Assembly: GCA_017499595.2 (NCBI GenBank)
Contig: CM039004.1
Span: 3,162,001-3,226,000 of the forward strand
Length of the DNA: 64,000 bases
Direction of reading: 5' to 3'
Source: Psilocybe cubensis
Lineage: Eukaryota
The notes under the pieces are model-generated. The model was not told the DNA's origin. It did no database searches and worked only from the letters and a program-made list of their open reading frames with translations. The translations under genes and the position numbers were made by a program. Below, piece by piece: positions 26,601 to 35,193 of this stretch (positions are counted from its first letter, which is position 1; every line of letters begins with the position of its first letter).

Positions 26601-29485
26601 TCCATGTTGCACTGCAATAAGAATGATACTATATCAGTGTGTTGCGCTAATCTTGGATGGTGTCTGCGGAGTAGTATCTCTTTTGTTATTTCGTCTAATG
26701 TAGTCTTTTCCAAGGTCTGCCCATTTATACCCATTCTGCAATTATTGTCTGATTTGGATTGACCTCGTTCAAGGTATTTCCAGCACGTTGCTTGGTGCTC
26801 GTGCCATGCGTACTGATGTAAGATTCGCTCCAGGAAGAAGTCGAACTCGAGCCAAAATTGGTTTATATCGGTATAATTTTGTGGGGAAGGTGATTGTATT
26901 ACACCTGGATGAGGATCACCTGTTTCAGTAGATAGTATTCGTCGGGGGTAATCGTTAGTCTGTTGTTCGGATCCTACTGAGTTTGGAAATTCACATTGAA
27001 TTATAGATTCGATCCACATGAACACTCTTGTTTGATAATGTATTGATCGGGTCATTTCATCGCGTAGTTTCTGGGGAGATAAGTGCCCGTGCAACCAAAT
27101 CAGCATGTGGCAATGTAATGTTCCTTTACCTTGTGCCTCGACAGTACCGTAGTACGCTGTACATTTGCCGTATAAACCATTTTCCTCGCGCCCGTATCGT
27201 AATATGACGTTAATGAAGTTGTTTATCATTAGGTCAAAAAAACGTGCACATCCTGAAGGGTTCCGTGCTGCAAAGAGTGATCTTCTCCATTTCGTCCAGT
27301 CCTCTCCTCGTTCGATACTTTCCAATGAAATATCCTCACCCGCTAACAGACGTACGATAGGGTTGTCCACGTCAGACGGGTTGATAGTGATGAATAGTGT
27401 TGGTGTTCCTTTATTATTAATCAATGCCCTGATTTGGTTACGTAGAGTTAGTTTGTAGCCATCGCTCCCGGGTACGTGTTTTGATACCAGTCTGATCGAA
27501 GACAGTAGTCTAAAAGCTTCTTTTTCTTTTGTTTCTGTTGGTTTGTAATACGGATTTTTCTCACATTCTTTGGTTAAGTGACTTAACATGTCTAAATCGA
27601 TATTTAACAGTTCGTTAGCTATTTTCTTGTGTGACGATTGGGATACCGAGAAACGTAGACTCTGGGACACTAGTGCCTTCCGACATATGTTATAGAAAAT
27701 AAACGCGAATTCTGGGTCTTTCGCAAACGGGCTGTCGTCTACTAAAAGAAGATGTTTGAGTTGTTCCTCCATGCTTATTTTAATCTTTCGTCCGGGATGG
27801 TAAAACCCTCCGATACCCCAAGGGTCCAGATGGGGGAATAACCATGTCAAGATCGATGGATTTTGAAAGTCAGGTACCATACTAGATCCTGTACCAGAAG
27901 CCAGGAATGGTTTCCCAGTGAGACATCTCTCCAAAGCAGTTGATTTCATAGTCAGGAATGCCTGTGGTGAGTTGTCTCCAGATGTATATCCTACATTTTC
28001 CATCAGTAATTCATTGTATAATTCGTCCTTTGAATTTTCATCCACATTTCGACATGTATAATCTGCGACGGCTGAGCTGATGGCGTCGTTATCGGTCATA
28101 GCGCCTATATGTACGGCGTGTGGTATACCCTCGTCTTTGTCGTTGTCAAACAAAAGTCTCATATTCTCTTCGCTGTACTCGGTGCTCGCAGAGTATTCTG
28201 GATTTTCGGTTAATAGAAAGTGTATTATTGTCTTTACCCTCGATCTTCGGACTAAGGTAGGTTTATATCTGTGAATGGTCTTACGGTTAGGTAGATCTTT
28301 ACCGATGAATATAGCACACATTGTGTCCCTTATCGTGTCAGACGCAGGTGGTATAACATTGTTCATGCGTATCACGTCTAGCGGTGATACTAGAACGTTT
28401 CCTCTTATACCTTTCCTAGCTCGACTCAACGTATTTTCGTTGTCGTCTTTGTCTTCTGTTTGTGTGGTGTGGTTCAATCTGCACGTGATTACACTGGACC
28501 GTGCTCGCGAACATAACATCCTGTCGAAGATAGTTGAATGTTCTATCGCCGTCTTCACGGTTTCTGGTAAACTTTCAATTCCATAATACATCCAGTTACA
28601 CAAAGCAAATTTAGGCATAGTGAAGGCCGCTAGTGCTTTGTCACATTTTGGACAGAGACATAGCTTGCCAATACGATCACGGTATTCCATGCCTTTATAA
28701 TGCAGTATGGCCTTTCTGTAAATCTTGATATCATAAGTCTTAGGTAAAATTGAATCTGGCAAGTGTGGATTTTGTAGTAGATTCAGCTTGGTATTGTCTG
28801 GGTTTACCCATATACAATCGCGCTTGAAAAACCTCAAAGCGCATGCCGCGCATACTACATTGGACAGTCTGTCCGTAGACATTTCTTGTTTCCATTCCCG
28901 TATAATTTTTAATTTTTCATCTTTCCCGATAGGTTTAAGATGATCTTCGTCGATGGGGACCGCTTTAACTCGATTGGGTTGCTGTGATTCTGTAATCGTA
29001 TCCGCGCAGTCTATACCAGGATTGTCTTGTGGTGGGTTGTTCAAATTTTCTTTGGCAACAGTTCGTCTTTCAAAATCGAAATTGCCACACCGTTCTTCGA
29101 AAATACTGAATATATGTTGACGTGGTCTTGCCATGCATTTGAAAACATATATCAAGTTACTGCATTTGCTACTGCATTGGTGTTCAAATATCTTAGCGAA
29201 TAGTTTGGGTTTAGTTAAACGGGAAAATTGTATGCCATGGGAATCGGCTATGGCTTTCATGTCATTCATAGTAAAATATCTGAACCAGAACATCAGTACA
29301 GAGATACTGACAGTGAATACGAGATTTGTAGTGTCATTTATGTGTTTTATAGCGTCATCATGATAAAGCCATATTGTGGTGAACTTGTAATATTCGTTGA
29401 AACGTAACACTTTAAGCTTTTCTACATATGGACGGCTATATTCGGGTTTGTACCTGTAGATATCGATATCTGAAATTTCGTCCAA
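23624..29485 (-). CDS. Helitron Rep/Helicase (HUH endonuclease + PIF1-family SF1B helicase), uninterrupted ~1950 aa
   Basis: Rep motifs PTLFITINP, YYGTVEAQGKGTLHCHMLIW (HUH), FLYYVTDYITK; helicase motifs GVGGTGKS, IIDETSM, GDCAQLKP, TDYKGQGRTL, AYVMLSR; N-terminal CxxC pairs. The ORF-track start is TTG, so the true start is uncertain. Confidence 0.96.
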   Translation of the reverse strand: MDEISDIDIYRYKPEYSRPYVEKLKVLRFNEYYKFTTIWLYHDDAIKHINDTTNLVFTVSISVLMFWFRYFTMNDMKAIADSHGIQFSRLTKPKLFAKIFEHQCSSKCSNLIYVFKCMARPRQHIFSIFEERCGNFDFERRTVAKENLNNPPQDNPGIDCADTITESQQPNRVKAVPIDEDHLKPIGKDEKLKIIREWKQEMSTDRLSNVVCAACALRFFKRDCIWVNPDNTKLNLLQNPHLPDSILPKTYDIKIYRKAILHYKGMEYRDRIGKLCLCPKCDKALAAFTMPKFALCNWMYYGIESLPETVKTAIEHSTIFDRMLCSRARSSVITCRLNHTTQTEDKDDNENTLSRARKGIRGNVLVSPLDVIRMNNVIPPASDTIRDTMCAIFIGKDLPNRKTIHRYKPTLVRRSRVKTIIHFLLTENPEYSASTEYSEENMRLLFDNDKDEGIPHAVHIGAMTDNDAISSAVADYTCRNVDENSKDELYNELLMENVGYTSGDNSPQAFLTMKSTALERCLTGKPFLASGTGSSMVPDFQNPSILTWLFPHLDPWGIGGFYHPGRKIKISMEEQLKHLLLVDDSPFAKDPEFAFIFYNICRKALVSQSLRFSVSQSSHKKIANELLNIDLDMLSHLTKECEKNPYYKPTETKEKEAFRLLSSIRLVSKHVPGSDGYKLTLRNQIRALINNKGTPTLFITINPSDVDNPIVRLLAGEDISLESIERGEDWTKWRRSLFAARNPSGCARFFDLMINNFINVILRYGREENGLYGKCTAYYGTVEAQGKGTLHCHMLIWLHGHLSPQKLRDEMTRSIHYQTRVFMWIESIIQCEFPNSVGSEQQTNDYPRRILSTETGDPHPGVIQSPSPQNYTDINQFWLEFDFFLERILHQYAWHEHQATCWKYLERGQSKSDNNCRMGINGQTLEKTTLDEITKEILLRRHHPRLAQHTDIVSFLLQCNMDIKFVGSGDAAKAFLYYVTDYITKASLPVHAGMAALSYAVSKAYSKMSANQSEISDNQTVGAIITAVNSMMGRQEISQPQVMSYLVGGGDHYTSHKFAILKWHSIRRFCMSHHTKSNQTPNNSTLDDVSNTNEQENEESVELNMGDRDITASNQRLDYCLRPANDKFIDLCLYDFVAWGIKQRYTKEMLHIETAVRPGSFLNDEHPEYFTHYMTIRRKSCIPIILGPSIPNPLKSDQLKDDWARDMLLLFKPWRDISDLKTPSETWTDAFHNYEISMKLEHTRIIQNMQALTECSEARDAHRQRRRGKTSEDVVSDEVQDIILTDTEGNTDTLNPNDVYSPDPFQCIENPNEDFTTNLHDSIDNIGEETSRFLDMCLPLDTTETAVDTEYQKSVPVNQQTLTSHEVDDLLASHRAIMKSKRKRAMLHEPDTDDITTPPKRYRNGNYAPIAKQAILQDLYDLSHNYNSITDTDTMNNIAEEMGLLNNPEQLKAFRIIGNHIITDNKEQLLIHIAGVGGTGKSHLIKCLIMLFERLHRRNELLLGAPTGIAAVLIGGQTLHSLIVSHANQSQAKPNKLKLIQIWKYIKTLIIDETSMISAKFLSEISIRIRQGKGDDVVNSNKPFGGINVIFMGDCAQLKPPLQKPLYANELVKNPSFAEARNVSGPSQLNGAFLWRQVKTVIQLVKNERHARDIKYALFLDRLRLGLCRSNINNIKSDNEQSDYHYIYNRLIQKQASNPKTLALFRDAPIIVGNKAVRDILNAKLIKYHSTKANISPHIYYSRDERHKKRITGEFQQILWRLPSTKTNDALGKLPLFIGMKVMITENIAFDDKIVNGTEGIVTDIKYEVDEKYRRYCKAVYVHVKGCGIQVDGLEKDVVPIFPSSTSIDVKYQKHIKLFDSFTRKQVPLIPAYAYTDYKGQGRTLDRVIVDLLTARGQGAYVMLSRVKSISGLLVLRWFPENKIYNRLPEELRNELNRLDNIAKSDVEQSRPI

Positions 29486-29901
29486 CGCGTGAAATCGGAA
29501 TTAATCCGTGTCAATTTAAATTCATTTAATATCAAGTTTCAAGTTTAACCAGATTTGAATTGGATACAAGGTGACGAATCGAATTTTTCATCAGCGATAA
29601 TTCCCATAGGTAAAACGATTACTTACCGCGTTGCAGAGTCGACGCTTTCAACGACGATACCGTGTTTTGTGTGTTAATATAAGTGGTCTGCGTTGTGTAA
29701 TTTGACAGATAGTTCTACTATAAGTTTTTGTAAGCGCTCACCATTCTTCAATATATCTGGAAATGGGTCTGTCGGGGCGTTGGTGTTGATTTTATCTGTT
29801 CTGGTCTTTTGTCTTATTTAAATAGGGTGTACTCGTTTATATAGAGTTTTGTCTGTGTATGGTATCTGGTACTGTTACTGAAATTCGTTCAATGATTCTT
29901 T

Positions 29902-30311
29902 AATTGGGTCCAGTCACGAACTGTTCATGTAACACCAAGTAGGCGACACTTTGTCCGCCGTGTGTTGTTATTTTGTTTGGTTGTCAGATCATATGAGTAA
30001 TAGCAACTATCACGCTAACTAGTCAGCACTTTTACCCATCGTGGGAGGAAGTGTACGTGTTTATGTTTACGTGATGACGTATGCAAGTATTACTGTCACT
30101 TAGCTTGTGTTTAATTGGGTCCAGTCACGAACTGCTCACGTAACACCAAGTAAGCAACACTTTGTCCGCCGTGTGTTGTTATTTTGTTTGGTTGTCAGAT
30201 CATATGAGTAATAGCAACTATCACGCTAACTAGCCAGCACTTTTACCCATCGTGGGAGGAAGTGTACGTGCTTATGTTTACGTGATGATGTATGCAAGTC
30301 TTAGCTCGTGT
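29902..30311. repeat. Tandem duplication, ~211-bp period, 2 copies
   Basis: AATTGGGTCCAGTCACGAACTG... starts at 29902 and again at 30113; the copies differ by scattered substitutions and a short indel near the end. Confidence 0.95.
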
Positions 30312-30423
30312 TGTAAGTGACGGTGTATTGCATTCTGAGTCTCTTTATGTGTAAACCGCGACGTAGATTTAAGGTCAGGTCGTCAGACAGAGTCAGTGTG
30401 CGCAAGTTCACAGCTCCATTGTT

Positions 30424-31737
30424 ATGGCGAATCTTGGTGAGCGCCTCAAATGTCGCGGTTTGTTGTGTTTGTAATGTTATGATAGAGATTCATAGGTTCT
30501 CTCCCGCTCGAATTCTTATTCTTGATGCGCAGGAGCGACTACTCGCTAAGGATTCGCGGCGTTTTGTTCTCTTTCCCATTCGGTACATTAAGGTGTTGTT
30601 GTTAATGTAACATTTTTTCCTTCGGGACTAACTTTGTTTGAATTGCCTTGGAACTGCCCTGTTCAGATTTGGAAAGCATACTTGCATGCTGTGACGACGT
30701 TATGGGAAGCACGTTGTGCTGGTTTATCACGTGACTCTAAGGATTGGACTGAGTGTCTGTCATTCCAACAACGATGCGGTGGCATCTTCTTTTTCAAACT
30801 TTCTATTGCTTCTCATGGGATACATAAGCGACTATTGGATATAATCTCCAAAGAAATTACAGTCCCAGAAGCACATTGCTATTTCAGTTTCCAGTCGGTC
30901 AAGTGGGTGTGAATTTTTTATACATGGATTTATCTCAGGATTCGATTAACAACGTTCTAACAGTGAAAACGTCCACCAGGAGGCGATGGCCAAGATTACG
31001 CACGGTCTCACAGGAATTCGAATGGACGATTGCGTCGATGAATGGGAACTCTTGCGTCCAAAGGAAAAATTTATGAATATTTGGACGAGATCTTCCGTGT
31101 ATCCTTTCTCTGAGAGGTTGCTCGTTTTTATATTCATTCAAGGAATATTTGGTATTTCTCTGTCCCGGCTTCTACAATGGTTTTCTGGCAAAGATTACCT
31201 CCCAACTATGGTATCTACTTACACCCGGATCTTCAATGACAGGGAATGTCATGTAGACTTTGTCTCGCTGCTTTTTTATCATTTGAAAAGGCGTCCGTTA
31301 ACCAGTTTTGTCAACGAATTCGTCGGGACCATTGTTAAAATCGAAAAAAAATTCGGCAGTGGTATGATAATGGTTTGTTTTTTAATGGTCCGTGTCTGAT
31401 TAGCATGCTGAATATTATAGATTTGCTGGACCTTTCCGAGATAGACATTCCATTAGACGACCTGAATCGGTACGTGGAATGCAAAGCAGACGCCCTTCTG
31501 GTGTCTCTTGGGTACAAGCAATTGTACGGTACATGTAACAAAGTATGACATTGTTCGTCTGAATTTGGGATTCAGTTGACGAGTTTTTAGGGGATCGATG
31601 ATCTTATCCCTATCGTCCCTGGGGAACTGAAAGCTGGTTTTTTTCTCGAGGAGATGGCGCTGGCGTATATCCCCCCAACTATGGAAGACGCTATTTTAGA
31701 CGGACAGTTCGGTAATCATCTCCTTGACCTTTCTTGA
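30424..31737 (+). CDS. Divergent ribonucleotide reductase small subunit (R2/RNR2)-like protein, probably catalytically inactive; 6 exons, open frame throughout
   Basis: Spliced MANLE...ERLLAKDSRRFVLFPIRYIK|IWKAYLHAVTTLWEA...IASHGIHKRLL...VPEAHCYFSFQSVN|ENVHQEAMAKI...FSERLLVFIFIQGIFG...FNDRECHVDFVSLLFYHLKRRP...IEKKFGS|DLL...YVECKADALLVSLG...|...KAGFFLEEMALAY...LDLS*; collinear with eukaryotic R2 along its length. Confidence 0.88.
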
Positions 31738-32038
31738 ACATGTTATATGGTTTATTCATACTTTTTGTTGATGTAATATCTATGTACCCGCTACTGAAGG
31801 GTAAATCCTAGACACCGTGGAATAATACAACTTCCTGTTGAAATTAAACCCTTGTCATAGAGTTCTGGATGGGAAGGTGAATACTGTTTCATTCCAATTA
31901 TCCGTCTGTGGTGATTTTGCGCTCTTTAGACTGTATGCCCAGTATCAATCTCGGAAAACTCCAAGCGCGTGGCAATCTATCAGTTCATATTACTGTGACT
32001 ATCCACCCAACCAATGTCCACTTATTATGCTGTGACTA

Positions 32039-32195
32039 ATGTACTCCCACCCCGCGCCCGCGCAGGCGCAGGCGGCACAGCCCAAAGCACCTGAAAACGA
32101 GCTCTTCTCGTTCGACTTCCACGCACCGTCTCTGGTGCAGAACACGGCTGTGATGGAGCAGCCGAAGAAAGACGTGAAGCAGAATATTTTGTCGT
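32039..32195 (+). pseudogene. Captured internal fragment of an ArfGAP-like host gene
   Basis: GC-richer patch encoding ENELFSFDFHAP...QPKKDVKQNILS, recalled as resembling the C-terminal region of basidiomycete ArfGAPs; no upstream domain present. Confidence 0.5.
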
Positions 32196-32329
32196 TTACA
32201 TTAATCAGCGTTTGTACGCTGCCTCTGTTTTCTTGTGATTATGATAGACATTAAAATTTCATGTAGACTGTAGGTTGTACAGACTTTCTCATGCTTGGAT
32301 TAGGGTATGTACCTCAATGGGTATCTTGG

Positions 32330-34197
32330 TATCGCTGTGCTTTTCTATACCGCTTCACTGGCGGACTCGTGTTACTCTAGGAGAAGATGGTATGTATGAA
32401 GATGTTCTACGCTTTTGGATGGACAAAGACAAAGAAGGCAACACACCCGACGCGTTGCAGGAGGTTATCGAGCATCTCATGTACCAAGGAAAGGCCTGTC
32501 CTCATCTATACTCGCTTGTTCTGAGGTTCTTGACCTCGACGCCGGAGCTGCTTAACCGACATCAAACTGGTTTGAAGGACATCCTGGAGCATATCGACGA
32601 CGTGCAATTGATTCTCCTTGGGAGTCTTACAAGTTTTGAGTCGAAATGGAGTGGCGAGTGTCGGTTTAATGAAGCAATGGTTGATCAAGACGATCAAGGA
32701 AAGTAGGAGTGAAATTCAGAATGTAAGTTTCCCTTTCTATTTAATCTGTTCGTTGTTTTTCCTTTCGTAGGATCAAGCTCTCACGAAATCGTATCGTCTG
32801 GAGATCGTTGACAGGATAAAGCAATTTGCTGAATTGACAAACACAGAAGAGTCTCGGGTGTTCTATGACAAGGTGCTCCAGTTACATCGACCAGCTCGAT
32901 CTTCCCAGCGTGCACTTCATGTGTAACCGTTCTTATCATCCATGGTATGTATTGTGTGTATATCTTCTTCTGCGTGTCTTCTGTACGTGTATTCCTCTAA
33001 TCGCCATTCGCTTGCTCGTAGGTACATCGCGGACGGGCACTGGAAAATGTCAGTGCAATGTCAGTGCGGTCAGTGCATGTCAGTGCATACCACAGCAATG
33101 TCAGTGTAAACTGCAGTGATGTCAGTGCAGTGTCAGTGCATGTTTCAAATCATCTATAAATTGGTCAGGGTGTGTCAGTGCGTCCTGGGTTATGTTAGTG
33201 CGTTGGTTAGTTCATCGTGTGGTGGCAAAGTTTTTACTTGTTAGATTGAAAGTCGTGGGCCGTGAGAAAGTTAACTTAGGGAGGATTAAAACATACAGTC
33301 TCGGAATTTATGGGCCAGACATGGCTAAATAACAAGATATAGAAGTAGACATATATTTTCTACATTTTCAAGTAATGATCCGGTGTACTAAATCAAGCAT
33401 AGATGTTGGAAAATGAATGAATTATGCTGGAATCATTAGATAGACGCCTCAGAGTATCCCTGTGTATAAATGATCCAATATGCTTGTTTGACAATGATTT
33501 GGGATCATACTTGGCTGCAGGCGCAACAATGCTTTGAAATATTGGCCTTAGCTTGGGTGCGGTTTTTTAGTAGGGAGGACGTCCCTATGACACAGCTAAA
33601 AGGGAAAGGGAACTAGAAAGTCCCATCGGTGCATCCTAGTTGAGCAGGTCTTTGGGACAGTTGATGGACCAGAGGTAATTCATACCAGTCTACCTACCTA
33701 CCATTGTGTTCTTCGTTTGAAATAAAAGATAACATGATTATAAGGTAAAAATAATGTCAGTGCATCGTCAGTGCACCATTACTGAAAGTCAGTTTATGTC
33801 AGTGCATGTGAGTGCACCGTCAGTGCATGTGAGTGCATCGTCAGTGCATGTAAGTGCACCGTCAGTGCATGTCAGTGCACAGTCAGTGCAAATGCTTGGC
33901 GGTCAGTGCATGTGTCAGTGCATCAACTCTTGGCAGTCAGTGTTAAAATAATTCTAGGAGGATACTAGATTTCCAGACACTTAAAATCCGGTCAAAATCC
34001 ATCTAAGTAATCCTGCAATAAACATAGTTTTATTGTATAGAAGTACAGACTTCAATTTTTTCACAAATCCTAAGTGATGTCAGTGCATGTCAGTGCATAG
34101 ACATTATATTGTCAGTGAATGTCAGTGCCGACGTGCACTTACATGCACTGACATGCACTGACATTTCTTGTTGCCCATCGCGGACAACGAAGTCGGT
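32330..34197 (+). pseudogene. VPS11: Captured VPS11/PEP5 3' fragment (with introns), disrupted and interrupted by a MITE
   Basis: GLVLL*EK.GMYEDVLRFWMD...HLYSLVLRFLTSTPELL...LQVLSRNGVASVGLMKQWL...|DQALTKSYRLE...QLDLPSVHFMCNRSYH...|YIAD[MITE]NEV; a TGG>TAG stop and frameshifts are present. Confidence 0.85.
33035..34176. mobile_element. Non-autonomous Mutator/Foldback-like DNA transposon (1142 bp) with 9-bp TSD
   Basis: Perfect TSD ATCGCGGAC at 33026-33034 and 34177-34185; imperfect TIRs GGGCA(N4-5)AAATGTCAGTGCA; arrays of TCAGTGCA(TG) repeats near both ends and at 33755-33940. Confidence 0.92.
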
Positions 34198-35007
34198 AAT
34201 AACATGGAGATTTGTTTGAAGGGCGGTGGTGTTATACCAACGTCTGTCTGTCCGGAATGCGGTGAAGCTAATAGAGGAGTGTTTCACATGTTGCTTGACA
34301 CAAATACTGTAGATTCACGTTTCGAAGGAATCCTCAGGGACATGGGCGTCACTGATCGAGTTTTCTACTGACACAGACAGTGTATCTCATGACAAACGTG
34401 GTCTTATATTTCTGAACCTGGTGAAATGATAGTTTAAATAAATAAATGTCATATGCAATGAAGCTCATGTACTTTGTACTGAATCGCGAACGATCGCAAA
34501 GCAACCTCCATCAACTTAAATAATTCCCGTGATTGAAAGGAAGTGGGTTTTGTGGTTTTTTTTTTAATCGCCAAATTTTGGCGCGTTGGGTCGTGTCTCT
34601 GCAACCATTTACATAAACTCATACGTTTCACGGTCAAATTCGGTCCGCTGATCCTCTTTTTCCTTGTGCAGTTTCCGTGTGGCAATGTTTTGTTTCACGA
34701 ACTCTTTCGTTGTTGACCCATGTATCGTTGCTTATGGTCTGCTTTTATATTGAGATAGCCTCCAGGCCTGTGTCTGTCCCGTTTGACTCTGTAAATACCC
34801 ATTCTTTACTGTTTCGCTTTCCTTTAAATTTCTACGCTTGTTCTTCGTTGTATCGCTGCTATTGACCATTTTTAACAGTGACATCACTCCTAACCTATCT
34901 CTTACGTCTGCTGTGCGATTTGTCGTATTGTCGGAGGAGTTAGATGTCGACTCAGTCATTGGCGATAGTTAGTTGCCTGTTTGTGAAGTGTATAAGGTGC
35001 GTGTCTG

Positions 35008-35057
35008 TTTTTTTTTTTTTTTTTTTAGTTGTATTCTAATCCTCAATACCTGATTAT

Positions 35058-35109
<52 letters not shown>

Positions 35110-35193
35110 CTACAAATTGCTTAATTACATGCCTTACAAAATCCAATTTCATACCTACGAATTGCTTAATCCCATGCCTTACAACAATATTCA
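35008..35193. repeat. Poly(T) tracts (T19 at 35008-35026, T49 at 35059-35107) followed by a 45-bp tandem duplication
   Basis: Directly visible; CCTAC(A/G)AATTGCTTAAT... at 35109 and 35154. Confidence 0.85.

Noticed and set aside
23859-29363. Plus-strand ORFs overlapping RepHel
   Set aside because: Antisense shadows of the long coding frame.
33040-34170. TCAGTGCA repeat arrays as a CRISPR-like array or repeat protein (SVHVSA ORF)
   Set aside because: Units are 8-11 bp with no unique spacers and lie within a TIR/TSD-bounded transposon; eukaryotic context with no cas genes.
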